A stretch of DNA of 64,000 nt from Candidatus Kapaibacterium sp. (GTDB lineage Bacteria > Bacteroidota > Ignavibacteria > Kapaibacteriales > UBA2268), in assembly GCA_963664875.1 (NCBI GenBank), contig OY761611.1, positions 1,504,001 to 1,568,000 of the forward strand, read 5' to 3'. Positions 40,237-50,225 of this stretch are shown here, piece by piece. The notes under the pieces are model-generated. The model was given only the letters and a program-made list of their open reading frames with translations. It had not been told where the DNA came from and did no database searches. A program made the position numbers and the translations under genes. Position 1 is the first letter of the stretch, and each line of letters begins with the position of its first letter.

Positions 40237-40908
40237 ATGATAATCGACTTTGACAAATACCCTTATCCTAAGATGAGACATCACGTTTCTGCTAACAGTT
40301 ATTTCAAAATAACAGAGCTAAACGAGCTTCCACAAAATTATCCGAATGTTTATACCTACATTGAATGGGTTGAAAAATTTTTGAATGGGAAAGCCCCTGA
40401 TATACTCGATATAGGTTGCGGTAAAGGAACCTTCCTACTTGATATGGCTGAAAGCTTACCTGAAAAAAACATTTTAGGAATTGAGATTCGCCAGCCTGCT
40501 GTGAAATGGGTCAATCAGGTTATCAGAGGTGAAAAAATTCAAAATGCCTCTGTTATTTGGTATAATGTTCTGAATGGAATGCCATTTATAGAAACAGAAT
40601 CTATTGAAAAAGTTTTTTATCTGTTTCCGGACCCTTGGAAAAAGAACAAACAACAAAAACGACGAGCTTTCACTCCTCTGATGTTAGATTTGGTTTACAG
40701 AGTTCTAAAAAATGACGGTATCTTCCATTTAGCCACTGATGTTGATTACGTAGATGCTTACCATAAAAAAATACTAACAGAGCATGGCAAATTTGAATTT
40801 GAAATCCTGGAAGACAGAAGTAAATGGCAGTACCCAACTACCAACAAAGAAAACTTCTGCTTTAGAAAAGACATCCCTGTATTTAGGCTATTGTGCAGAA
40901 AAAAGTAA
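40237..40908 (+). CDS. trmB: tRNA (guanine-N7)-methyltransferase
   Basis: DIGCGKG, GIEIR, FPDPWKK, LATDV motifs. Confidence 0.93.
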   Translation: MIIDFDKYPYPKMRHHVSANSYFKITELNELPQNYPNVYTYIEWVEKFLNGKAPDILDIGCGKGTFLLDMAESLPEKNILGIEIRQPAVKWVNQVIRGEKIQNASVIWYNVLNGMPFIETESIEKVFYLFPDPWKKNKQQKRRAFTPLMLDLVYRVLKNDGIFHLATDVDYVDAYHKKILTEHGKFEFEILEDRSKWQYPTTNKENFCFRKDIPVFRLLCRKK

Positions 40909-40962
40909 TTTGGATTTGTGAAATTGGGAAGCAAAACCTGAGGAGATGACACAATATCTCCT

Positions 40963-42753
40963 CTATCTCTTCTCGGCGAGCAATCTTGCTAGATAGTTTA
41001 AACCCAATCTGTTTTCGCCTTCCTGCAAAGTGATTTCACGTTTGGCAAAGCCATATTTTTTTATCAGATTAGCTTTCAACTTAGCGGCTTCTACATCTCT
41101 GCCACTCGGAAATATTATTACTAAATTGCCCGATAGAAACGAATTTTCTTTCAGTTTTTCGATGACTGCATCGTTGGCCGCACCTTCCGGATTGTCCATA
41201 TTCAAAAAATACTCTTCGTGCATTCTGCCCATAAAATCTACGGATGCACGATTACGAAGCTGTTTTTTATTTATAAGAAATGAATAAGTACTAGAACCAA
41301 CCAACCCTGATTTGTCTTCTCCCTGCAAACTAACTACAATCGAATCGGCATCCCATATTTCTTCTAATTGATTTGCAATTCGGTATGATAATTTTGAAGT
41401 TTGCCTACTGTCATTATAAATAGTATCTATAGTTCCGTTGATTTCAGTCATGACTTTCCATTTTGCAACTTCAGATTCGGGTCGTGCGTTCAGAAACAAC
41501 TCCAAGACTGGAGGGTCAGCAGTTATTTTCTTTTGCCCAATCTCAACTAAAGTTGCCGGCTTGTAGCTATCCAGAGATAATGTAATATTATCATCTACTG
41601 CGTCTGTGATATTTACCTTTATCGAAGATTTCAAATCACTTTCAATCTTTTTGATGAGTTTTTTAACGTCAGTGTCTCTATTGCATTTGATTGTAAGTTC
41701 GGAACCGGTAACACGTATTTCAGTCAATATCTCTTTATACGACGCATCTAAATATTGCTTTTGAGGAATATTTTTAATCTCATCGGAAAAATAACTTAAC
41801 GGAAACTTATCAGTAGCCGCACATATAGCAAAATCTTCCTTACTGAAAACTTCAATATCCGAAACAAGTGCAGATATTCTATATTCGACTGTTGTAGTTT
41901 GTTGCTCTTTATTCTCGATGCTTTGACCTGCCAAAAACAAATCCAAACCGCCAAGAGTGCCGGGTCTGTCAGAAGAAAAAACAGCGAAACCGGAAGGAAT
42001 TATAGTAAAATCTGATTCATTAAATTCTGTATTTAGTCCACTTACCGGTCTTGGGACAGACCATTTTGCATCATACCGCAAAGACATAAACAAATCATAG
42101 CCACCCTGACCTGCGAGACCATCGGAAGCGAAATACAGAGTATCTGATGATGCTAAAAAAGGTGTAATTTCATTGCCCGAAGAATTTAACTCTTCGAGAG
42201 GCATTGCATTGCCCCATGTGTCATTTGCCTGTTTGAATGCAATCCATAAATCTGTATCGCCATCAGAGTCGGGTCTGTTACTAACAAACACAATAAAATT
42301 ACCATCCGGAGAGACTGTTGCCTGAGCGGTAAAACAGACTGAAGAAAGACTATCTAAAACTCCTGCATTTTGCCATTGTTGCTTTCGCTTCAATGATTTG
42401 AATAGATTGAGCACAGGATAAGTTGTAGTTTGCATAAAAGCAGATACATAGGCTTCGTCTTGTGAATAAAAGGTAATATATGCTTTGTTATCTAACTTTT
42501 GATTAAGCCAGCCATCAACAATATCTCTTTCTGTAAACAAAGAATCTTGCTGCCAAACCGTTGTATAAAATCGCGAGAAATTAGATAGAGCTGATGTAAA
42601 GTACATTTTGTTTTCGAATATATTATAGACTGCACCCAGTTCATTCTTCTCGGAATTTATCTCACTAAGATTTCGAACAACAGACCAGCTACCTGCAAAG
42701 CAAGCAATCGAAGAAACGAGAAACAGCAAAATATATAATAGAAGTCTTTTCAT
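40963..42753 (-). CDS. PD40 (WD40-like TolB-type) repeat exported protein
   Basis: VSPDGNFIVFVSNRP, LYFASDG..GGYDLF, FSSDRPG..GGLDLF repeats; signal peptide from MKRLLL. Confidence 0.8.
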   Translation of the reverse strand: MKRLLLYILLFLVSSIACFAGSWSVVRNLSEINSEKNELGAVYNIFENKMYFTSALSNFSRFYTTVWQQDSLFTERDIVDGWLNQKLDNKAYITFYSQDEAYVSAFMQTTTYPVLNLFKSLKRKQQWQNAGVLDSLSSVCFTAQATVSPDGNFIVFVSNRPDSDGDTDLWIAFKQANDTWGNAMPLEELNSSGNEITPFLASSDTLYFASDGLAGQGGYDLFMSLRYDAKWSVPRPVSGLNTEFNESDFTIIPSGFAVFSSDRPGTLGGLDLFLAGQSIENKEQQTTTVEYRISALVSDIEVFSKEDFAICAATDKFPLSYFSDEIKNIPQKQYLDASYKEILTEIRVTGSELTIKCNRDTDVKKLIKKIESDLKSSIKVNITDAVDDNITLSLDSYKPATLVEIGQKKITADPPVLELFLNARPESEVAKWKVMTEINGTIDTIYNDSRQTSKLSYRIANQLEEIWDADSIVVSLQGEDKSGLVGSSTYSFLINKKQLRNRASVDFMGRMHEEYFLNMDNPEGAANDAVIEKLKENSFLSGNLVIIFPSGRDVEAAKLKANLIKKYGFAKREITLQEGENRLGLNYLARLLAEKR

Positions 42754-43175
42754 CAGTATAGCTGCATTTAGGTATAAATAATTTCTAACACTTAAAGCAT
42801 ATAATAAAACACGAACCGGAAAATAACTATTTTTTTGCACACTGGCAAAATCTCTTGAGCTTACATCGATATATTACTAAACATACATTTATAGACTCCT
42901 AAAAGAAAGTTGATACAAAAACGTTTAAAGTCATTATATCTCAAGTATATAAAATTTAGGCAGATAGAAATAAATTTGCATTTATAAAAAGAATAATGTA
43001 ACTTGCTTGTATATGCAATACTGCTCACCGGGTAAAACAGTTGCAACCTTGCAACCCTTCTCCCGAACTTTCGATTGATTTTCCCAAAATATACATTACT
43101 CTATCGTGTTATGAGCGCTATTCCCAATTTTGAATTATTATATTAAGTCTTGGTATATAAGGAGTTTTCAGTTTA

Positions 43176-44510
43176 ATGGAAAACACAACAAGCAAAAGAG
43201 CTCCAAAAATTATTGATGGTGGTGAGCTTAGGCAAAAAAAAATTGCTGAATTGACAAGTTTAGCAAAAGAGCTGGGCATCACTAACGTTTCTGAGCTCAG
43301 AAAGCAAGAGCTAATAGTCAAAATCCTTGAAGCACAAACAAAAGCTCCAAGAAGTAAAAACAAAGATGACAAAAAAGGCGAGAAAGAACAGCCTTTGGAA
43401 GGACTCGTAGCCAGTGGTGGCGTTTTAGAAGTTTTACCTGACGGATATGGCTTCCTAAGATCAGCTGACTACAACTACTTACCTTCTCCTGATGACATCT
43501 ACGTTTCTCCATCTCAAATCAAAAAATTTGTTCTTCGCACCGGCGATACTGTCAAAGGACTTGTCAGACCTCCTAAAGAAGGAGAAAGATTCTTTGCTTT
43601 ATTGAAAGTTGACACTGTCAATTTCCTTCCGCCGGACGAAATCCGAAACAGGACCATTTTCGACAACCTTACCCCTCTTTTCCCTGATGAAAGACTTCAC
43701 ATGGAAACTACTCCGAGCAACTACTCTATGCGTATCCTTGATATGCTTGCTCCTGTGGGTAAAGGTCAAAGGGGCCTAATCGTTTCTCCTCCAAAATCAG
43801 GTAAAACGATTTTGCTACAACAAATGGCAAACAGCATTGTAAAAAATCACCCTGAAACTAAGCTTATTGTTTTGCTTATTGACGAAAGACCGGAAGAGGT
43901 TACTGATATGCAACGCTCTGTCAATGCAGAAGTTGTCTCATCTACTTTCGATGAACCACCTGAAAGACACGTGCAGGTTACTGAAATAGTACTCCAAAAA
44001 GCTAAGCGTATGGTAGAAGCAAAACACGATGTTGTAATTCTACTTGACTCTATAACAAGACTTGCAAGAGCTTACAACACTGTAACTCCTCACTCAGGTA
44101 AAATTCTTTCCGGTGGTGTAGATGCTCACGCTTTGCACAAACCAAAAAGATTCTTTGGTGCTGCCAGAAACGTGGAAGAAGGCGGCTCGCTTACTATCAT
44201 TGCTACTGCTCTTGTTGACACAGGCAGCAGAATGGATGAGGTAATCTTTGAAGAATTTAAAGGTACTGGCAACCAAGAACTTGTACTTGACAGAAGACTT
44301 GCAGAAAGAAGAGTTTTCCCGGCTATAGATGTCAATAAGTCTTCTACAAGAAGAGAAGACCTAATCATGACTCAAGATGAAACAACAAGAATCTGGATTC
44401 TCAGAAAAGTGCTTAGCGAATTGCAGTCTATTGATGCAATGGCATTCCTATTGGATAAACTCAAAGGCACAAAATCAAATGCAGAATTTCTAAATTCTTT
44501 AAATAGCTAA
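43176..44510 (+). CDS. rho: Transcription termination factor Rho
   Basis: [56 protein letters not shown]. Confidence 0.99.
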   Translation: MENTTSKRAPKIIDGGELRQKKIAELTSLAKELGITNVSELRKQELIVKILEAQTKAPRSKNKDDKKGEKEQPLEGLVASGGVLEVLPDGYGFLRSADYNYLPSPDDIYVSPSQIKKFVLRTGDTVKGLVRPPKEGERFFALLKVDTVNFLPPDEIRNRTIFDNLTPLFPDERLHMETTPSNYSMRILDMLAPVGKGQRGLIVSPPKSGKTILLQQMANSIVKNHPETKLIVLLIDERPEEVTDMQRSVNAEVVSSTFDEPPERHVQVTEIVLQKAKRMVEAKHDVVILLDSITRLARAYNTVTPHSGKILSGGVDAHALHKPKRFFGAARNVEEGGSLTIIATALVDTGSRMDEVIFEEFKGTGNQELVLDRRLAERRVFPAIDVNKSSTRREDLIMTQDETTRIWILRKVLSELQSIDAMAFLLDKLKGTKSNAEFLNSLNS

Positions 44511-44582
44511 ACTTCGGTTGAAACTTTTGTATGCCCTTTTATGTATTAATAAGTAGATACATGATATTTTCGAGGCGTACAG

Positions 44583-44768
44583 ATGAAAAACAAAAATAAT
44601 AAGTTATCGATGGGCGTTTCGCTCGGATTTGCCGGAGGTGCTATTGCAGGAATTGTTATCGGTGAAATTACCGGTGATTTGGCTCTTTGGTTTGCAGTCT
44701 GCATAGGAGCAGGAATTGCTCTCGGTTCATCTGTAGGACTTTTACTTTCGGGCAATCTGAAAGATTAG
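44583..44768 (+). CDS. Small Gly-rich two-helix membrane protein
   Basis: GAGG RBS; GxxxG-rich hydrophobic segments; terminator follows. Confidence 0.65.
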   Translation: MKNKNNKLSMGVSLGFAGGAIAGIVIGEITGDLALWFAVCIGAGIALGSSVGLLLSGNLKD

Positions 44769-44801
44769 CAAAATCTATAGAACATTATTGATTGATATTT
44801 T

Positions 44802-44841
44802 AAAACTCCATGTAATCCTAAAGGACTTATGGAGTTTTTTT
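44802..44841. terminator. Terminator between the rho unit and the convergent lolC/E-type gene
   Basis: AAAACTCCAT...ATGGAGTTTT inverted repeat with T-tract. Confidence 0.7.
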
Positions 44842-46087
44842 ATTTATATCTGATTGCCTGCAAAGGAGAAACTTTAATCGCGATTATTGCCGGAATTATG
44901 GTGGATAAAAATCCCAAAAGCATCGAAATTGCAAAAACAGCAGCGTAGTACTCAGGTATGATTTTAATAGGCATGGCGTTGAGGAAATATATTGCACCGT
45001 CCAATTTGATTATGGAATAATTGAGCTGTATGACCGAAAACAGGAAGGAAATGCCCAATCCTGTAATTGTTCCGATTAAGCTGACTTTTAGCCCCTGCAT
45101 GATAAATATCCCAAGTATATTTTTCCCTTTCATGCCTAAGGCTCTCAAAATTCCGATATTTTTTGTTTTTTCTACTACAGTTATCAATAGCATAGTTATT
45201 ATATTCAAAACTGCAACTATTGAAATAAGCCCAAGCACTAATGGTATTGGTTCTTTCTGCAAATCAATCCAAGCAAAAAGCGAACGGTGTATTTGTTGCA
45301 CAGACTGACAGTAAAATGGGTAGCCTAATTCATTTTCAAGGATTAGAGCTTTGATGGGAGCTTCCGACGCATTATGAAGAGTAACGTCGAATCCCGTGCA
45401 TTGCTCCTTCGTAAAGCCAATGAGAGACTGTAGCATTTCAAAAGGAACATAAATCATAGTTTTGTCGTACTGAGTCATGCCCGTTTGATATATACCTTTT
45501 ACTGTAAGTTTTCTTATTTTTGAATCAGGAATACCAGAGCTACCCTCTTTCAAAATGACATATAAAATCATTTTATCATCGATAGTAACTCCTAACATCT
45601 CAGCAAGGTCACTGCCGATTATTACTTCATTAGCAGAAAGATTGCTAAAGCGTGCCACACCTTGCGTAATAAATCCGCTAAATCCGGTAATATCCCTATC
45701 AAAATCAAATCCATTGACAACTACACCTTCTAAATTTTTGCCGGCTCGTACCAGGCCTTCTTTTTGCAAGGTAGGTTTAGCTTTATCGACAAAATCATAC
45801 TTTTCCATAATCATATTGGCATTTTCGTCTTTGCCTCCAAAAGGGATTTCGGAAAATGATTTGATATGAATATGTGAAGTAAATCGGTAAGCACTATCCC
45901 TCAGTTTCAAATCGAAGCCTTCGAGTATCGACAGCGACATTATAAGAGCAATGCTACCAATCATTACACTCAGTAAAGCAACCATGCGGGTAAAACTCAA
46001 AATGGCTCTGCGTTTTTGAGGTTGAGCAAATCTTGAGGATATAAATCTTATATAATTATTTGTTATCAATAAGTACCATTTAAGCAT
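44840..46087 (-). CDS. LolC/E-type (FtsX/MacB family) ABC transporter permease
   Basis: SILEGF, VIIGSDLAEMLG, VKGIYQTG, EKTKNIGILRALG, PLQAIRY. Start is uncertain. Confidence 0.88.
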   Translation of the reverse strand: MLKWYLLITNNYIRFISSRFAQPQKRRAILSFTRMVALLSVMIGSIALIMSLSILEGFDLKLRDSAYRFTSHIHIKSFSEIPFGGKDENANMIMEKYDFVDKAKPTLQKEGLVRAGKNLEGVVVNGFDFDRDITGFSGFITQGVARFSNLSANEVIIGSDLAEMLGVTIDDKMILYVILKEGSSGIPDSKIRKLTVKGIYQTGMTQYDKTMIYVPFEMLQSLIGFTKEQCTGFDVTLHNASEAPIKALILENELGYPFYCQSVQQIHRSLFAWIDLQKEPIPLVLGLISIVAVLNIITMLLITVVEKTKNIGILRALGMKGKNILGIFIMQGLKVSLIGTITGLGISFLFSVIQLNYSIIKLDGAIYFLNAMPIKIIPEYYAAVFAISMLLGFLSTIIPAIIAIKVSPLQAIRYK

Positions 46088-46230
46088 TTGGTTGGAAAAA
46101 TAAACTGACATTTAGGCTTGCAGATAATTTATTCTTACACTTAAATATCACTCTTGGCAATCTCAAAGATAACAAAAAAAAGGGATATGAAAACTACTCC
46201 ATATCCCAAATATAAAAAAACGCTTTTATG

Positions 46231-47349
46231 TTAGTCTTTTATTTCTTCGTAAGGAATTGTGAATGAGATTTTAGTCCATTGCCCCTCTTCACTTTGGATA
46301 TCGAAACTGCCACCGTGTACTTCCACAAGTTTTTTGGCTATAATCAGTCCGAGTCCAACTCCCTGCTGCTCGTAAATCTTTCTTTCAAACTGTCTATAGG
46401 CAGCTATATTTGATATTTCTTCATCTTTCATACCTCTTCCGTTGTCTATTACTTCAAATTTAAGATGGTCATCTGATATCGAGGCATTTAACGAAACCTT
46501 GGTGCCGGGCGATGAAAACTTAAAAGCATTGTCAAGTATTTCATCAAAGATTTTGTGGAAACTTTCAGAAGAGATTTTGCAATTAACCCCGGAAGCATCC
46601 GCATTGAAAACAAGATCTTCCTTACGGTTGTATCTGTCTGCGACTGTACCTGCCAAGTCATAAGCATTAGCTACGGCTTCGTGAAGTCTTTCGTTAAGAA
46701 GAGCTTTGCGTCTGGAAGGGTTATTGCTAATTACTCCAACTTTTACATAAATGAGGAAGTTTGCAGTAATTCTGTTTAGCCTTTCTGATGATTTGATAAT
46801 ATCATCGGTAAGCTCCATCATCTCTTCTTTGTCGATAATATCATTACCAACCTGAGTTTTTATAAATTTGGCTGTGTTTATCACCTGATTTAACACAGTT
46901 CTAAATTCATGCGGCAAAGAATAAGTGATACTCTCTTCGACTTTGGTAATCTCTTCGTCTATTTTATCTCTAATTTTATTGTGTTTTTTCCATTGAGCAT
47001 CTATGGCAGCAATAAGTTCGTCTCGAGTATATGGCTTAACCAGAAAATCGTCCGCTCCTTTTTCCATGCCTATACGCATATTTGGCTTTTCGGTGAAAGC
47101 CGTAAGAAAAATAAAGGGAGTTGTAACCGTTTCGGAGTCTTTTCTGATTTCATCTAAAACCCCGTAACCATCCAATCCGGGCATGGATATATCGCAGAGG
47201 ATAAGATCAGGTTTACATTCTTTTGCCCGCTCCAAACCTTCTATACCGTCGGAAGCAGTATATACATCGTAACCCTCGAAATTAAGCAAGGTCGATGTAC
47301 TTTCAAGAATAAAATCTGCATCGTCTATAACTAAAATTTTCTTTGCCAT
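46231..47349 (-). CDS. Hybrid response regulator / histidine kinase (REC-HisKA-HATPase)
   Basis: ILVIDD, CDISMPGLDG, FLVKP; HEFRT; DNAFKFS, DNGRG, GVGLGL. Confidence 0.92.
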   Translation of the reverse strand: MAKKILVIDDADFILESTSTLLNFEGYDVYTASDGIEGLERAKECKPDLILCDISMPGLDGYGVLDEIRKDSETVTTPFIFLTAFTEKPNMRIGMEKGADDFLVKPYTRDELIAAIDAQWKKHNKIRDKIDEEITKVEESITYSLPHEFRTVLNQVINTAKFIKTQVGNDIIDKEEMMELTDDIIKSSERLNRITANFLIYVKVGVISNNPSRRKALLNERLHEAVANAYDLAGTVADRYNRKEDLVFNADASGVNCKISSESFHKIFDEILDNAFKFSSPGTKVSLNASISDDHLKFEVIDNGRGMKDEEISNIAAYRQFERKIYEQQGVGLGLIIAKKLVEVHGGSFDIQSEEGQWTKISFTIPYEEIKD

Positions 47350-47651
47350 GTGGTGCTTCTTCTCAAAAATTGGATTATGCAATTTGTATTTGCATTTGTA
47401 ATATAAGACTTTTTTTCTACTATTGAAAATATCTGTCTGTTAAAAAGACTAATTGACTAAGGGATAAGTGTATCTTATCTGTAATTTAATAATAATATCA
47501 ATTTTTATTCCAAAAACTACTATTTCGGGTAATTATTGTATTGTCCACATTTTTTGCACATTATTAAATTATCGTTGTACATAAATATATATTGCTTTGA
47601 GTCTTTTTTTTTGCTTTTTTGCATTCCCAAAAAAAAGCTAAGGTAGAATTT

Positions 47652-49088
47652 ATGCAAATAGATACATATCGCAAATCTCAAATTCGCTCGAATATCAATC
47701 ACATTGAAGGCAGAGTGCCTCCCAATGCGGTGGAAGCAGAAAAAGCATTACTCGGCGGGCTGATGTTAGACCGCCAGGCTATTTCTAAAGCGATGGAGGT
47801 TGTCAGCGAAGATAGTTTTTATCACGAAAGACATAAAATCATTTATGCCACTATTGTCGATATGTTTGATAAAGCGATTACTGTCGATATCGTAACATTA
47901 TCAGACGAATTGAGGTCACGCAAAGAGCTTGATAAAATTGGTGGGCCGGCTTACCTCGCAGAGCTTAACAATACAGTCCCAACAGCTGCTAACGTCGAAT
48001 TTCATGCAAGGATTGTGCAAGAACGCTATTTAAAGCGTTTTTTGATTAAAACTCTTGGTGAGCTCGAAGCTCAGGCATATGATGAATCTATTGACGCTTT
48101 CGACTGTATCGATTTTGCAGAAGCAGCGATTTTCAAAATCGGTGAGAAGCGGGTAAATAATTCTTTTGCTTCAATGAAACAAATGGCTAAAGACGCATAC
48201 GATGTTATCTCCAAACTTCGTGAGAGAGACAAAAATTCTCTTCCGGGTGTTCCTTCAGGTATTGACCAATTAGACAGAATGCTTGGTGGATTCCAAAACT
48301 CTGATTTGATTATCCTCGCCGGCAGACCTTCTATGGGCAAGACTGCATTCGCTCTTTCTGTTGTTAGAAATATGACTGTTGATTACAAAAAGCCTGTTGC
48401 ATTTTTCTCTATTGAGATGGCAAATATTCAGCTTGTGATGCGTCTGCTTTCTTCGGAGTCAGGTATTGACCAGTCAAAAATAAGAAATGGCTACATAAAT
48501 GAAGAGCAAAACAAAAAAATCATAGCAGGACTTGGCAAATTAGCAGAAGCTCCTTTGTTCATAGATGACAGCCCTATGGTTACTATTACTGAACTAAAGG
48601 CAAAATGCAGAAGACTAAAAGTAGAACACAACATTTCCATGGTTGTGGTGGATTACCTTCAGCTCGTGCATGCTCCCAAATCAGAATCTCGCGAAAGAGA
48701 GATTTCAATTATTTCTTCTTCTTTGAAGCAGTTGGCGAAAGAATTGAACATCCCTGTGATGGCTCTTGCACAGCTCAATCGTTCTGTTGAGTCGCGTAAT
48801 GACAAAAAACCAATGCTTTCGGATCTTAGGGAATCAGGCTCAATAGAGCAGGATGCCGACGTGGTAATGTTTGTAAACAGACCTGAAAGATACGGACAAC
48901 TTACCTATGAAGACGGCACTCCAACTGAAAACACGGGAGAAATCATAATAGCTAAACACAGGAACGGCGAAGTTGGCACTGTTCGAACTGCATTCATCAA
49001 AGAATACGCTCGATTTGCTAATTTGGCTCTGGAATACGAAGAACGCTTTATACCTAATGATCAGGGCGCCGAAGACCCCGGATTCTAA
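47652..49088 (+). CDS. dnaB: Replicative DNA helicase
   Basis: PPNAVEAE, AGRPSMGKT, FSIEM, VVDYLQL, AQLNR, SDLRESGSIEQDAD; no intein. Confidence 0.98.
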   Translation: MQIDTYRKSQIRSNINHIEGRVPPNAVEAEKALLGGLMLDRQAISKAMEVVSEDSFYHERHKIIYATIVDMFDKAITVDIVTLSDELRSRKELDKIGGPAYLAELNNTVPTAANVEFHARIVQERYLKRFLIKTLGELEAQAYDESIDAFDCIDFAEAAIFKIGEKRVNNSFASMKQMAKDAYDVISKLRERDKNSLPGVPSGIDQLDRMLGGFQNSDLIILAGRPSMGKTAFALSVVRNMTVDYKKPVAFFSIEMANIQLVMRLLSSESGIDQSKIRNGYINEEQNKKIIAGLGKLAEAPLFIDDSPMVTITELKAKCRRLKVEHNISMVVVDYLQLVHAPKSESREREISIISSSLKQLAKELNIPVMALAQLNRSVESRNDKKPMLSDLRESGSIEQDADVVMFVNRPERYGQLTYEDGTPTENTGEIIIAKHRNGEVGTVRTAFIKEYARFANLALEYEERFIPNDQGAEDPGF

Positions 49089-49138
49089 GCTATATCTCTT
49101 GGGTTTGATAATATATTAACTAACATATTTGACTAATA

Positions 49139-50086
49139 ATGATAACGGACTCTATTATAAGCGACTATATAAACAGAATAAATAAAGTAGTTGACTTTAT
49201 CGAACTAAACCTGTCTGCAGAAATTAAACTTCAGGATTTGGCAGATGTTGCCTGTTTTTCGCAGTTCCATTTTCACAGAATATTTAATATGCTAATGGGG
49301 GAAACACCCAAAGACTTTTTGAGGCGAGTCAGAATAGAGCGTGCGGCTTATATGCTCAAAACATCTTCAGAAAGTATGGCTGAAATAGCATATAGGTGTG
49401 GATTCTCTTCGCAGGCGACTTTTTCGAGAGCATTCCGTGATTATTTCCAATGTTCTCCTACAAAATGGAAATACCAGCAAAAGGATATGCAAATATCGGG
49501 TGAGATTAGCAAGAATTGCAAAACAGAAAGCAAAACTGAGCAAAAATTCGAAAACTCTAAGTTGTATTTTGAAGCTGTAAATTTGTTTTTGTCAAAATAC
49601 AGAATAGGGAGAACAGAAATGGAAGTTACAATCAAAAATTTTGAAGCTATGCATGTAGCTTATGTTGCAAATCATGGCGGCTATGATGAGCAAAAAATTG
49701 GAATAGCCTGGGAAAAATTATGCTCATGGGCAGGTCCAAAAGGATTGCTTCATCAATCTACCACATATCTTGGCATCAGCTTCGATGACCCTAAAGTTAC
49801 TCCAAGAGACAAATGCAGGTACTATGCCTGCGTTACGGTTCCTGAAGCTACACAAGTAGCCGGCGAAGTAGGATTGTATCAGATTCATGGCGGCAGGTAC
49901 GCTGTGCAAAGAGTAGAGGTTTATGGACACGAAATTGAAAAGTGTTATGATGAGCTTGTTGGGGCGTGGCTGCCTGCAAATGGCTATGAGCCTGCGGATT
50001 ATCCGAGTATTGAGATTTATCATACGCCGGCTTCCGACCATCCGGAAGGCAAATTTGATATGAGTATCTGCGTTCCTGTCAAATAA
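49139..50086 (+). CDS. AraC family regulator with GyrI-like effector domain
   Basis: LADVACFSQFHFHRIF, IAYRCGFSSQATFSRAF; DDPKVTP..CRYYAC, WLPANGY. Confidence 0.93.
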   Translation: MITDSIISDYINRINKVVDFIELNLSAEIKLQDLADVACFSQFHFHRIFNMLMGETPKDFLRRVRIERAAYMLKTSSESMAEIAYRCGFSSQATFSRAFRDYFQCSPTKWKYQQKDMQISGEISKNCKTESKTEQKFENSKLYFEAVNLFLSKYRIGRTEMEVTIKNFEAMHVAYVANHGGYDEQKIGIAWEKLCSWAGPKGLLHQSTTYLGISFDDPKVTPRDKCRYYACVTVPEATQVAGEVGLYQIHGGRYAVQRVEVYGHEIEKCYDELVGAWLPANGYEPADYPSIEIYHTPASDHPEGKFDMSICVPVK

Positions 50087-50159
50087 TTATTTACCCAAAT
50101 ATTATTTACCCAAATATTATTTACCCAAATATTATTTACCCAAATATTATTTACCCAAA
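50086..50159. repeat. Tandem repeat, 5 x 15 bp (ATTATTTACCCAAAT)
   Basis: Copies at 50086, 50101, 50116, 50131 and 50146; the last lacks the final T. No spacers. Confidence 0.95.
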
Positions 50160-50194
50160 AAGAGCTGCCCTTACTTAGAAGCGCAGCTCTCTTT
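50157..50194. terminator. Terminator between araC and the large surface-protein gene
   Basis: AGAGCTGC...GCAGCTCT stem with flanking A and T runs. Confidence 0.65.
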
Positions 50195-50225
50195 GAATGA
50201 TTAAATGCCTTTCGCGTCAAACAGA

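Noticed and set aside
47652-49088. Intein in DnaB
   Set aside because: Length (478 aa) and motif continuity are normal.
50020-50220. Minus-strand ORF with WVNNI x5, and the repeat as a possible CRISPR array
   Set aside because: The ORF is simply the 15-bp tandem repeat read through, overlapping araC antisense. There are no spacers and no cas genes.
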